64,000 bases of DNA from assembly GCA_005223125.1 (NCBI GenBank), contig NJBH01000003.1:96001-160000 (forward strand), given 5' to 3'. The position numbers and the translations under genes were made by a program. The stretch comes from Promethearchaeota archaeon Loki_b32 (lineage in GTDB: Archaea > Asgardarchaeota > Lokiarchaeia > Sigyniarchaeales > SOKP01). Shown here piece by piece: positions 17,052-27,174 of this stretch (its first letter is position 1; every line of letters starts with the position of its first letter). The notes under the pieces are model-generated. The model searched no databases. It had not been told where the DNA came from and worked only from the letters and a program-made list of their open reading frames with translations.

Positions 17052-18089
17052 ATGGCTGATGAGTTAACTGCAATCTTAGTCATAATTCTAGTAATTATGG
17101 CTATTGGCCTTGCTTTTAGTATTGGGGCGAATGACGAAACACTTGCATCCTTAGTTGGTGCGGGGGTTCTAAAATTTAAAATAGCACTCATAGTGGGTGG
17201 TATCGCCATAGGTTCTGGCATGATTCTTTTCAGCGGTGGCTTTGTTCCAGAAACAATAGGAAAAAGTATTTTAGGTGAAGGTTTAGAAGCAAAATATACT
17301 AATTATATGCTATTAGCTGTATTGATAAGTAGTATTCTATGGTTAGTAATAGGCAGTTTTGCTGGAATTCCTTTAAGTAGTACTCACTCATTAATTGGAA
17401 GCATTGTTGGAGTAGTTATAGTCTATACTATCTTTCAAGGAGGGATGGATCTTAGCACTGCATTTAATTATGAGAAGTTAAGGGATGTTGTTTTAAGTTG
17501 GTTTATATCTCCCATAACCGGTTTATTAATAACATATATTCTTTTTAAAATAAGTGCTAAATTTTTATTATCTCGGCTAAAAGGTTTAAATCAGATAGAA
17601 AAATCTGAAAAAACATTTAAATGGTTATTGTTTATTGCTGTTATATTTGCGGAAATTTGGGTAGGAGCAAATTCAGGAGAAGCTTTAGGTATCCTTCTAG
17701 GACTTAGGGAAAATAGTTCTATAACAAATGGTCAATATATTACATTTGCAATTTTCTGTGGAATATTTTCCTTTGTTGGTATTTACTTTGCAGCACGTTA
17801 TGTAATCAGAAATCTTGCATCGCATATGATAAATACACGTCCAAGTGAAGGTTTTATTATTCAGATGAGTTCTGCAATTATTTTAATGATTGCTACGTTA
17901 TTAGCTCTTCCAATTTCACATAGCCACGTAATTGTATTTTGTATTATCGGGATGAGTATTGCACAAAAAAAAGAAATAGATCTTAAAGGATTAGGTAAGA
18001 TGGGATTGTATTGGGTATTAACATTTCCAATAGCGGCACTGTTAGCAGGTTCTATCTATTTAGGATTAAGTTCATTTGGGTTTTTGTAA
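17052..18089 (+). CDS. pit: Inorganic phosphate transporter, Pit/PHO4 family
   Basis: GAND, PLSSTHS, GANS and PISHSH signature motifs. Confidence 0.92.
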   Translation: MADELTAILVIILVIMAIGLAFSIGANDETLASLVGAGVLKFKIALIVGGIAIGSGMILFSGGFVPETIGKSILGEGLEAKYTNYMLLAVLISSILWLVIGSFAGIPLSSTHSLIGSIVGVVIVYTIFQGGMDLSTAFNYEKLRDVVLSWFISPITGLLITYILFKISAKFLLSRLKGLNQIEKSEKTFKWLLFIAVIFAEIWVGANSGEALGILLGLRENSSITNGQYITFAIFCGIFSFVGIYFAARYVIRNLASHMINTRPSEGFIIQMSSAIILMIATLLALPISHSHVIVFCIIGMSIAQKKEIDLKGLGKMGLYWVLTFPIAALLAGSIYLGLSSFGFL

Positions 18090-18162
18090 AAAATTTTTAA
18101 TAATAGTAAAAAATATATTGTTATGTTGTTTAGATAGAGTTTAATGAAGATAATAGAAGGAG

Positions 18163-18855
18163 ATGTTCAAAATAGGTTCATTAATTGAATATTTGAAACG
18201 AGAAACTGCTCTGAATGCTTTAGAAAAAACTATAAAGCATGCCCAGAAAGTGCAAGAGTGTGTTAAGGAGTTAGAAAAAGGATTTGTAATGCTTTTAAAA
18301 GAAAAAGATCTTGAAAAAACGCATGATATATTTCATAATGTTGATTTATTAGAAGGAGAGGCCGATGACTTAAGAAGAGGGCTTCAAAGAGATATTTCAA
18401 AAGGAGAATTAGATCCAAATGTTAGACAAAATTTGTCACATTTAATTAAAAGAATAGATGATGTCGCTAATTGTTGTAATGGAGTTGCACGTAGAATAGC
18501 CACTGTACCAATAAAATTTTGGGATCAGTGTAGTGAAGAGACAATAGGTTTAATTATTGATATTATGAAAATTACAGTTGATTGCGCGGGATTTTTAGAT
18601 AAAATAGTAATTGATTTAGTAGAAGAGAGGAAAGAGGTTAAAGAGATTGCAAGTCAGATAAATCAACATGAACATAAAGTCGATCTTTTGAATATTAAGT
18701 TAAGAAAAAGCCTTCAAGAAACGAAATACGATGTGAATTTTTTCACAATTTTTACAGTAGGTAATATTTTTGATATTCTTGAAGCAATTTCAGATTCAAT
18801 TGAAGGAGTTGCAGATTATATAATGGTGTTATTAACAGGTGTTGAAGGTATTTAA
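18163..18855 (+). CDS. DUF47 family phosphate transport regulator
   Basis: LEGEADDLRR, IDDVAN, HEHKVD and LEAISDSIEGVAD. Confidence 0.88.
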   Translation: MFKIGSLIEYLKRETALNALEKTIKHAQKVQECVKELEKGFVMLLKEKDLEKTHDIFHNVDLLEGEADDLRRGLQRDISKGELDPNVRQNLSHLIKRIDDVANCCNGVARRIATVPIKFWDQCSEETIGLIIDIMKITVDCAGFLDKIVIDLVEERKEVKEIASQINQHEHKVDLLNIKLRKSLQETKYDVNFFTIFTVGNIFDILEAISDSIEGVADYIMVLLTGVEGI

Positions 18856-18885
18856 ATAAAAAATTAACATTAGAAAGCTAACTGT

Positions 18886-19149
18886 TTAATCTAATTCTAA
18901 ATAAAAATATTCTATCCCATTCGAAATAATAGATATTATTTTTTTTGCCTTAATTAAATCTCTTAAAATATTATTGATAAAAAATTTTCCTCCTAAGTTA
19001 ACACCAGATTGTTTTTCTTTAATAAGGTTAAACTCAATCTCATTAAATGTTAAAGCTATTCCTTTATTATCAAGCAAAAGTTTAAGGATTATATCTTCAA
19101 TTAATTGAGAATTTTCATGTTTTAATAATTCTGTTATAGATCTTGGCAT
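18886..19149 (-). CDS. Small winged-helix-like protein
   Basis: ILKLL...LTFNEI...ILRDLIKAKKII...YFY pattern. Confidence 0.5.
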   Translation of the reverse strand: MPRSITELLKHENSQLIEDIILKLLLDNKGIALTFNEIEFNLIKEKQSGVNLGGKFFINNILRDLIKAKKIISIISNGIEYFYLELD

Positions 19150-19178
19150 TTTTCAGTTAACACTAATTTGTGGATTAT

Positions 19179-19799
19179 CTAAGGATTTATTAATTTGTAT
19201 TTTTGTTTTTTTAAATTTTCTTTCAAAAGAATTATAGATTCTTGTCTTGCTTTCAAAATTGATCTTTCAGCAATTCCTTCCATTTCTTTTGATGGTAAGA
19301 CTTTTTCTTTTAGTATTTTTTTAAACAGTAAATACTCATCCTTTCTACTGATAAATGGATTTACTTTCTCCTCATGAATGAATTCCTCGATTGACGTATT
19401 TTTTCCATTACAATTCCCTTCTGATAAATCAAATCGGAATTTTTTATATACTAAAAAGCAGTGTACCATTGGTACATAGGGTAATTTATATTTTTTTAAA
19501 ATTTCATTTGTACCATTTGAGATTTCTTCTGTAAATTTATAAACACCTACATACTTGTATAACGGAATATTTAATTCTTCTGCTAACCCAGTGATTACAG
19601 CATGTTTGGTAGTACAAGTACCTTTATTCTCCTTAAATAAAACCATCTTATCATCATAATCGCTGTTATATCCATATTCAATATTATGCACATACTCACA
19701 AGCTTCTCTGAATGATGTAATTCCTAGTTCTAAAAATTTTTTTGATATTTCTCCTTTATCTTCAATTTCCACATCTGGTATTTTATTATATGAATCCAT
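19179..19799 (-). CDS. Hypothetical protein, transglutaminase-like (Cys-His-Asp)
   Basis: GTCTTKH, VHCFL and RFDLS in the expected order. Confidence 0.55.
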   Translation of the reverse strand: MDSYNKIPDVEIEDKGEISKKFLELGITSFREACEYVHNIEYGYNSDYDDKMVLFKENKGTCTTKHAVITGLAEELNIPLYKYVGVYKFTEEISNGTNEILKKYKLPYVPMVHCFLVYKKFRFDLSEGNCNGKNTSIEEFIHEEKVNPFISRKDEYLLFKKILKEKVLPSKEMEGIAERSILKARQESIILLKENLKKQKYKLINP

Positions 19800-19997
19800 T
19801 AAAATCTTCTTAGGTTTTTCAGTTTTATATTAATGATACACGATTTCATAGTTTAAAAAAGTAATTTTTAAAATTTATTAGAAAAGAATTGTTTTGCTTT
19901 TTCTAAAAGAGTAATTTTTTAAGTAGAATTTATTTTCTAAAAGATATTTTTTGATTGAAATTTGTTATATTTTTTTGAGTTATATCCATTATATTAT

Positions 19998-20156
19998 CTA
20001 TATAGATAATCTAGGTCGTTCTTTACTCTTTGGGAGTGTTTTTGGTGAATGAATTATATTAACTATATAGACTATATAGAAATTATTTTAAATAGATCAA
20101 TTATTTGATCTATATAACTATATTATGTTATTATTAATGATTAATCTTCTATATAG
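19998..20156. promoter_or_regulatory. CTATATAG palindrome cluster upstream of the AbrB-PhoU regulator
   Basis: Exact copies at 19998, 20063, 20072 and 20149; near-copy at 20110. Confidence 0.55.
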
Positions 20157-20177
20157 AGATATTATTTTAGAGTTTAA

Positions 20178-21191
20178 GTGATAATTATGGTTTTAAATAT
20201 TGAAACTAGAAAAGTTCAAAAAACTGGGGGGAGCTCCTACATCATTTCTTTACCCAGAGCTTGGATTGAAAAGCATAAAATTAAACCTAAGGATACATTA
20301 GGAATCCTTAGTCAACCAGATGGGAATCTGTTAATATCACCAAACATTAATTCGGAAGATTACATCAAAAGTAAGGATTTTGATGTAGATAATATATCGG
20401 ATTCTAATTATTTATTCCGGATCTTAATAGGAATGTATATTATGGGATATACAGTTATAACAATTAAATCCAGTAAGAAATTCGAACCTTTTATAAGAGA
20501 TACAATTACAAATTTTACTAAAATAGCAATAGGCCCTGAAATAATAGAAGAATCCAATAATATCATAAAAATTAAGGATTTACTTAATCCTAAGGAAATG
20601 CCATTTGAAAAAACAATAAGGAGAATGTATATTTTAGCTCAAGACATGCATGAAAATGCTATTAAAGCTTTAAATTCTGGCGATAAAACTTTAGTTGAAG
20701 AGGTTATAAAGAGAGATGATGAGGTTGACCGATTACATTGGTTAATTGGAAGACAATCTCATATAGTCTTAAGAGATATTATATTATGCCAAAAGATGGG
20801 GATTACACTAGAAGATACAAGCCATTTTCAATCAATTAGTAGGTTCTTAGAGCGAATTGCAGACCATTCTGTTAAAATCGCAAAAAACGTATTATTAATT
20901 GATTTCCAGAAAATAGACAAAAAGATATTGACTGATTTATCAAAGGCAAGTATTTTTGCTTTAAAAATGCTTGATATTAGTTTAGATGCGTGGCTTAATA
21001 AAAGCATCAATTTAGCAAATGAAAATATTAATTCTGTCAAGGAATTAATAGATACATGTGAAAACATTTATTTCAAATTAGATAAGATTGCTGAATTCTC
21101 AGTTCCTATAGGTTATGTAATTGAAAGCATAAGACGAACTGGAGAATATTCTGTTGACATATCTGAAGTAATAATTAATAAATTAATTTAA
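20178..21191 (+). CDS. phoU: Archaeal phosphate uptake regulator (AbrB DNA-binding domain plus PhoU repeats)
   Basis: ETRKVQKTGGSSYIISLPRAW N-terminus; RDDEVDRL, LERIADH and IRRTGEY. Confidence 0.92.
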   Translation: MIIMVLNIETRKVQKTGGSSYIISLPRAWIEKHKIKPKDTLGILSQPDGNLLISPNINSEDYIKSKDFDVDNISDSNYLFRILIGMYIMGYTVITIKSSKKFEPFIRDTITNFTKIAIGPEIIEESNNIIKIKDLLNPKEMPFEKTIRRMYILAQDMHENAIKALNSGDKTLVEEVIKRDDEVDRLHWLIGRQSHIVLRDIILCQKMGITLEDTSHFQSISRFLERIADHSVKIAKNVLLIDFQKIDKKILTDLSKASIFALKMLDISLDAWLNKSINLANENINSVKELIDTCENIYFKLDKIAEFSVPIGYVIESIRRTGEYSVDISEVIINKLI

Positions 21192-21282
21192 AATATTTTT
21201 CGACGCTTTCAAATGCGAAGAATGATTAATTTCATCTGAACTCATTAAATATCACATAAAAATCTATTTTTGTCAAAATTTT

Positions 21283-22161
21283 TTATTTTTCCCATTTAAT
21301 TAAGGAAATAATTAAATTTTCTCGTGAGAGGTCACCTTGAGTTAGTTGTTCTATGATACTTTCTTTCCCAAATAAGTTTCTAATTAATTTTCTTATAAGT
21401 TTTTTTCCAGAATATCCCTCCTTTTGCAGTTCTCCATGATATTCATGAGCTTGTATGCGTAAATTCTCAATTTCTTCCATTTTTACTTTTATAAATTCTC
21501 TTCCCTGCAAAACACCATTCCCAGCAGAAAAAATTAATAAATTGTCCATTCCCTCAGTAAAATCGTACAGTTTCGAAAGAGATTGACATATCAGTGATAT
21601 ATCTTCTTGAATATCACTGTTCTTGCCAAAGATCATTTTGTATTTTGGCTGTACAGCATCAGCTACAAAAGCCCATTGCTGATCTTTTTCAATTAAAGCA
21701 TTTAATTCTGGAGCATGTCCACTCATAGGAAATAATTCAAAGTTATACTTTTTAGATTTAGTTATTATTGGTTTATCAATAATCTCAGCATTAACAGGCA
21801 ATAATTTTAAGCCCCAAGCCACTTGACGATATTCAGGATAAATATTACCCCTTTTTAAAAGATTTAATGCTTTATCACTAGTATAGATAGGTATACCAAA
21901 TTCAGTATTTAACATATGAGCCCCCCCAGCATGATCCTCATGAGTATGGGTTATAAAACATTTATCAATCATTTGGCTAGGATTGAGGGAATTAACAAAT
22001 TCTTTAAGATCATTTTCTCCTGCAGGGGCCCCAGAATCAATAAGAAGCCCATCAATTAAATAACAAGATGTCCAATAGGGATATGGCATCAGAGGATTAT
22101 CTGACGACCACTCCCATTCCAGAATTTGATTATTACAATGATAAGTTTTACGAACAACCAT
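21283..22161 (-). CDS. Metallo-beta-lactamase fold hydrolase
   Basis: LIDSG, THTHEDHAGG, GHA and VADA. Confidence 0.85.
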   Translation of the reverse strand: MVVRKTYHCNNQILEWEWSSDNPLMPYPYWTSCYLIDGLLIDSGAPAGENDLKEFVNSLNPSQMIDKCFITHTHEDHAGGAHMLNTEFGIPIYTSDKALNLLKRGNIYPEYRQVAWGLKLLPVNAEIIDKPIITKSKKYNFELFPMSGHAPELNALIEKDQQWAFVADAVQPKYKMIFGKNSDIQEDISLICQSLSKLYDFTEGMDNLLIFSAGNGVLQGREFIKVKMEEIENLRIQAHEYHGELQKEGYSGKKLIRKLIRNLFGKESIIEQLTQGDLSRENLIISLIKWEK

Positions 22162-22210
22162 AAATTGAATCTCAAATGATAAAATGAAACTTTAAAAAAT
22201 ATAATTTATT

Positions 22211-23314
22211 CTATCCTATTTCAATTTTTTTTGGGGGAATAAAAACATCTCTTAGACCGGATCTTTTCAGATGAATTGCATCTTCAGGACAATGATGAGC
22301 ACAAACACCGCACCCTATACATCTTTCCTCCTCTACCACTGCTAAACCATCTTCTAAATCGATTGCGTGCATTGGACATTTTTCCACACAAGTTCCGCAC
22401 CCGATACAATTATCATCGTCTACTTCAGCTAAATAGTTCGAAATTGTATGAAATGGCATTGCTCCTTTATCAAAAAGTTGAAATACACCACAACAACAAT
22501 TACAACAGTTACAAATCGCCTCAAAATCCCTTTCTGGGTCTTGGTGTATATGAAATGCTTTATGTACTAAGCCTGCATCTTCTGCTTCTCTTAATACTTT
22601 TAAAGCTTCATCTTTAGTTATAGAGTTAGCAAAATCTTTTTCAATACAAAATTTAGCGGTCTTACCAAAAAGAAAACAATTTGTTCTTGGAGCGTCTATT
22701 TCACAAGGTTCAGCAATTAGGTCTTTCTCATGGCGGCAATAGCATAGAGCTACAGCAATATCATCGTATTTATCAATAATCTTTTTCACATCTTCTCTGG
22801 ATAAAATAACCTCTGATCCAGAATTTACTTCTTTTTCTACTGGTACCACTCGATCAACGGGAGGAAAATTTTTAAATTGAGGTATTAAATTATCATAATT
22901 TTTCGATGTAAGCAGCCCCATTTCTCTGAATATAGTATCGAATAATCGAGCAAGTTTTTTTTCTCGTTCACCCTCCCCTGGACGCATTAATTGAAACTCA
23001 AACATTCCCGGAAATGGTGGTTGTAATCGATATACAGTAATCCCTGTTGACATGCTTTGTGTACCCACAATTACTCCTTTATATTGTAGTTTATCCAACA
23101 TTTTCATTAAAGAATCATCATCTAAATCAGATTTCTTTTTAATTTCATCAAGATTCATGTTTGGTTTTCGATTATATACTCTGATTATAAATTTAGCTTG
23201 CTCTACTGTGACTACATTTTGTAATAACTCAATTAAAGTATTGGTTACAGGAAATGGCATCTTTCCTGCTTTAATAATTACACGTGAAAGTTTATACCAG
23301 ATTTTATCATTCAT
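22211..23314 (-). CDS. 4Fe-4S dicluster protein with N-terminal winged helix
   Basis: CYCR, ICNCCNCCCG and two CIGCGxCxxxCP ferredoxin motifs. Confidence 0.88.
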   Translation of the reverse strand: MNDKIWYKLSRVIIKAGKMPFPVTNTLIELLQNVVTVEQAKFIIRVYNRKPNMNLDEIKKKSDLDDDSLMKMLDKLQYKGVIVGTQSMSTGITVYRLQPPFPGMFEFQLMRPGEGEREKKLARLFDTIFREMGLLTSKNYDNLIPQFKNFPPVDRVVPVEKEVNSGSEVILSREDVKKIIDKYDDIAVALCYCRHEKDLIAEPCEIDAPRTNCFLFGKTAKFCIEKDFANSITKDEALKVLREAEDAGLVHKAFHIHQDPERDFEAICNCCNCCCGVFQLFDKGAMPFHTISNYLAEVDDDNCIGCGTCVEKCPMHAIDLEDGLAVVEEERCIGCGVCAHHCPEDAIHLKRSGLRDVFIPPKKIEIG

Positions 23315-23532
23315 TTTTGAGATATCCCCATTTAAAATCTTTTATATTGTTATAATTGATTAAAAATTTAATGATTTAATTACATTATTAGAATATTTGA
23401 TAAAGAGAACTCGGTAGAACAACCTAAAATCACAGTAAAAATCCATTAAATCTTAACACTCTCGTAATTTATTAGTTTAATGTTCTTAAACCACAATAAA
23501 ATAAGAACAAGGGTTTGAGGAGAGATAAATTT

Positions 23533-23706
23533 ATGTTGAGTCAAGTCCAAGACAGAATAAATAGATTAGAACTCTCAGTAAATCTTTTAGAAGACCATTT
23601 GCAAAAATATGGAAATCAATTACAACCACGCCCTCTTAAATTTATACAAAGTCAAATTGTTTACTTTAAACGTGAAATCCGAATAAGGAGAGATTATCCC
23701 ACATAA
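23533..23706 (+). CDS. Small helical/coiled-coil hypothetical protein
   Basis: ATG at 23533 downstream of GAGGAG; MLSQVQDRINRLELSVNLLEDHL... Confidence 0.55.
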   Translation: MLSQVQDRINRLELSVNLLEDHLQKYGNQLQPRPLKFIQSQIVYFKREIRIRRDYPT

Positions 23707-23886
23707 AAAATAAAATGTTTTTTTCTATTTTAATTAAGTTTTGATATAAATTCTTAAAGCAATTTTTTAGATAGACTAAGTTAATTTTTTTTTTTTTGAA
23801 GAATTTTTCACTCGATTTAAAAATATTAAGTATAAAAATAATAGTAACCACTAAACCTTTATTCACTAAAAAACTATATCCTTGTT

Positions 23887-25197
23887 TTGATTAGGCTTAT
23901 GGAAAAAAGTGCAGTAGAATTAAAAAAGACTTATATTGGAATATTTTCATTAAATTATTTTACTCAGGGAATTACTCAGTCGTTCTTCACTACAATTATT
24001 CCAATCTATTTATTACAATTAATGTCGGGTTTAGATACTGGTGAGGTTTCATCAGTGATGTCGATGGTTCTTCTTCCTTTTGGCGTGAAATTCATTTATG
24101 GGATACTTTCAGACAAATATGGTTTAAAAAAATGGGGAAGGAGAAAGCCATGGATAATCTTCCCCTCGATTATATCGGGTTTAATCTGGATACTGGTTCC
24201 TTTTTTATTAACACCCGATAATGCCATGTTAATGATAACACTTCTTGGAATTTTGATTGTCATTGGTGTGGCAATGGGAGATACAGCAATTGATGGACTT
24301 ATTCTCGATCTATGTCCTAAAGAAAGACTAGGACGTGTTCAAGGGATATGTTGGGGATTTAGATCTGTTGGGATAATTGCGGGGGGACCTTTAATTGTAA
24401 TGCTTTTTTTAGGTTTTAGAGGTGTGGTGGAATTTTCTTTTATAGTTCTTGGAATTGCGATGATTATATTTCCATTTTTAGTGTTAATCGTTAAAGAGGT
24501 TGAAAAGCCTTTAGAGATAAATGCACTCGAAAATCTTAAAATAATATTTGGTAAGCTTAAAAATTGGAAAGTATTTGTATTTTCATTATTTAACGCAGTT
24601 TGTGATGGTGTAATATTTGTAATTTTACCTCTTTTTGTACTTATTCAATGGGGTTTAGTTGGAGCTACGGGCTCTGAAATAGATCTTATTGGAAATGCTG
24701 ATTTATATGCTCCAAACGCTCTTGTTGCTTTCGTTGTTGGTTTAGGAGTTATTGCTGGAGCTTTAATTGGAGGAAGGATTGCAGATCTACAATCTCGAAA
24801 ACGTAGTGTCTATTTTTCTTTATTTATAACAACAGGTTCTTTTTTACTTTTTGTAATTCCCGTACCATGGTATATTTTAATGATATTTGCATTCTTTATA
24901 GGAGGCTCCGCGGGTTGGAGAAATTCAGCCTTTTCAGCAGTAATAGGGCAAGAATCACAACAATATCCTGAAATGGACAGTACGTATTATGCAACTTGCA
25001 ATTCATTTGTCAACCTAGGGGGTACTATAGGATTACAACTGACCAGTATTTTATTTATATGCTTCGCCGGACTCCCTGTATTTGGAATATATGCACTTAT
25101 CTTTTTAATAATGGCAATTCTAATAAATTTAGATTTCCTCCCCTTTTTCACATTAGATCCTAAAGAATACGAAATAAATAGAGAAATAAATGAATAA
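23887..25197 (+). CDS. MFS transporter (AmpG/BT1-like)
   Basis: About 12 TM; KFIYGILSDKYG...GRRKPW, DTAIDG and GGRIAD motifs. Confidence 0.88.
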   Translation: MIRLMEKSAVELKKTYIGIFSLNYFTQGITQSFFTTIIPIYLLQLMSGLDTGEVSSVMSMVLLPFGVKFIYGILSDKYGLKKWGRRKPWIIFPSIISGLIWILVPFLLTPDNAMLMITLLGILIVIGVAMGDTAIDGLILDLCPKERLGRVQGICWGFRSVGIIAGGPLIVMLFLGFRGVVEFSFIVLGIAMIIFPFLVLIVKEVEKPLEINALENLKIIFGKLKNWKVFVFSLFNAVCDGVIFVILPLFVLIQWGLVGATGSEIDLIGNADLYAPNALVAFVVGLGVIAGALIGGRIADLQSRKRSVYFSLFITTGSFLLFVIPVPWYILMIFAFFIGGSAGWRNSAFSAVIGQESQQYPEMDSTYYATCNSFVNLGGTIGLQLTSILFICFAGLPVFGIYALIFLIMAILINLDFLPFFTLDPKEYEINREINE

Positions 25198-25335
25198 AAA
25201 CTCTTAATTTTTTTATTAATTTTATTTATTCTGTTATTAATGTAAATGGCTACACTTTTTCGAAAAATTTTTATCGTTTAATAATGATTGATTTCACATA
25301 GTCCTAATCCTTAATTTGAAATAAAGGTGTTTTAA

Positions 25336-26517
25336 ATTAAATTACAATATTCTGAGAGGGTTAAGAGTCTTCCAACATATATTTTTGTAGAGATAGAACA
25401 ATTATTATCAGAAAAAAGAAAGAAAGGTATTGATTTAATTCCACTAGGGATTGGAGATCCTGATTTACCTACTCCTGATGTAATCATTGACGAATTAATA
25501 AAGCAAGTTAAAATTCCTGAGAATCATAATTACCCTTCGAGTATGGGAGAAGATGATTTTAGAGAAGCAATTGCTAGATGGTATAAAGTTAGATTTAACA
25601 TGGATTTTGATCCCAATGAGGAGATTTCAAACGTAATTGGAGGAAAAGAAGGTGTAGCTAACATTGCAAGAGCATTTATTAATCCTGGAGATATAGTATT
25701 ATGTCCTAATCCCGGATATCCTGTTTATGAAAATGGAGCAACAAAATTGAGTGATGCAAAACCTTATTCAATGCCACTGTTGAAAGAAAACAATTTTTTG
25801 GCAGACTTAGATTCAATTGATAGAGAAATTCTTAAAAAAGCTAAACTAATGTATTTAAATTATCCAAATAACCCTACTGGTGCAATAGCACCGAAAGAAT
25901 TTTTAAAAAAAGCTGTTGATTATGCTGATGATTATAATTTTTACATCATTTATGATAATCCTTATTCAGAGTTTACATTTGATGATTATATAGCACCTTC
26001 GATATTGCAGATAGATCCAAACCATGTTGAGATTAATAGTGCATCTAAAATGTTCAATATGACTGGATTTCGGTGTGGCTGGACTGTTGGAAACAAAGAT
26101 ATTATAGAAGGGTTAAGAAAGATTAAGTCTCAAATTGATTCGGGGTGTCCTAAATTTATACAAAGAGCTGTAATCAAAGGACTAAATGAATACAAATCTG
26201 AAAAAAAGCCAGAAATAATTGAAAGAACGATTAAGACCTATCAACGGTGCAGAGATATTCTCATTAAAGGATTAAATGATATAGGTTGGACAACAGACAA
26301 ACCTCAAGCAACTTTTTATATATGGACTCAAATCCCTAAAAAATATAGAGATATTAGTTGTATGGATTTTGTAAAAAAATTAATTGAGATTGGAGTAGTT
26401 ATTACGCCTGGAATAGGATTTGGTCAGTATGGAGAGGGATTTGTAAGGTTTGCTTTAACACAACCAGAAGAACGAATTCTTGAAGCAATAGAAAGAATTA
26501 GTACCTTAATAAATTAA
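25336..26517 (+). CDS. dapL: LL-diaminopimelate aminotransferase-like class I PLP aminotransferase (probable ATT start)
   Basis: YSERVKSLPTYIF...LGIGDPDLPTP lies in frame upstream of the track ATG at 25543; NYPNNPTG, SASKMFNMTGFRCG and PGIGFG motifs. Confidence 0.8.
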   Translation: MKLQYSERVKSLPTYIFVEIEQLLSEKRKKGIDLIPLGIGDPDLPTPDVIIDELIKQVKIPENHNYPSSMGEDDFREAIARWYKVRFNMDFDPNEEISNVIGGKEGVANIARAFINPGDIVLCPNPGYPVYENGATKLSDAKPYSMPLLKENNFLADLDSIDREILKKAKLMYLNYPNNPTGAIAPKEFLKKAVDYADDYNFYIIYDNPYSEFTFDDYIAPSILQIDPNHVEINSASKMFNMTGFRCGWTVGNKDIIEGLRKIKSQIDSGCPKFIQRAVIKGLNEYKSEKKPEIIERTIKTYQRCRDILIKGLNDIGWTTDKPQATFYIWTQIPKKYRDISCMDFVKKLIEIGVVITPGIGFGQYGEGFVRFALTQPEERILEAIERISTLIN

Positions 26518-26564
26518 AAAAAATTAAAAAAAAGTGATTACAATTTACAAGATTCTTAGTTTTT

Positions 26565-26744
26565 TTACCCCAGCTTTTTTCTCATCTTTATTCTTAATGC
26601 TTTTAGTCTTCTGTCATCTTCAGCCTCAAGACTTTCTGAAAGTTCATTTGTAACTTCTAATGACATCATAACTGGAGCTTTATGAGAATCCCAATCTTTA
26701 TAATAATCCAATATCAGATCCATTTTATCTGATTCTTCCTCCAA
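26565..26744 (-). CDS. 59-aa small protein (below ORF-track cutoff)
   Basis: Strong SD GGAGGTGA 6 nt before TTG; MEEESDKMDLILDYYKDWDSHKAPVMMSLEVTNELSESLEAEDDRRLKALRIKMRKKLG. Confidence 0.65.
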   Translation of the reverse strand: MEEESDKMDLILDYYKDWDSHKAPVMMSLEVTNELSESLEAEDDRRLKALRIKMRKKLG

Positions 26745-26902
26745 TAATTTTCACCTCCATTTTTTATTGAATCCTTCACTGGGAGAATCAAATTTACCAT
26801 TGACCTATCTCAAATAAAATTTAATGAGTTGTAGTTATAAAAGAGAACAAATCAGTAAAAGTTAAAGGAAAAAGGTCAAGAGTTTTGATTTATTCTCTCT
26901 TA

Positions 26903-26969
26903 ATAATACTACGGATAAATACTGGCTTTACCAATAAATGTAAGCCACACCAATAATCTGTAGTATTAT
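26903..26969. other. Intergenic two-stem hairpin
   Basis: 14-bp outer stem ATAATACTACGGAT/ATCTGTAGTATTAT with one G-U pair, plus 8-bp inner stem TGGCTT(T)AC/GTAAGCCA. Confidence 0.5.
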
Positions 26970-27174
26970 ACTGTGAAAAACTCATTATATAAAATAAGTT
27001 ACAATAACCTTATAAATTTTCCCATTTCTTTCCCATTTGTCAGATTATTTAGACGTGTGATTTGACAAGTAAGTACATAGAATTCTTTACTGATAACTAT
27101 AAAAACCTATTAAATTGATTTTACTTTTAACTAAATTAGTAAGCTATTTGATAATAAAGCGGTTATAAAGTGAG

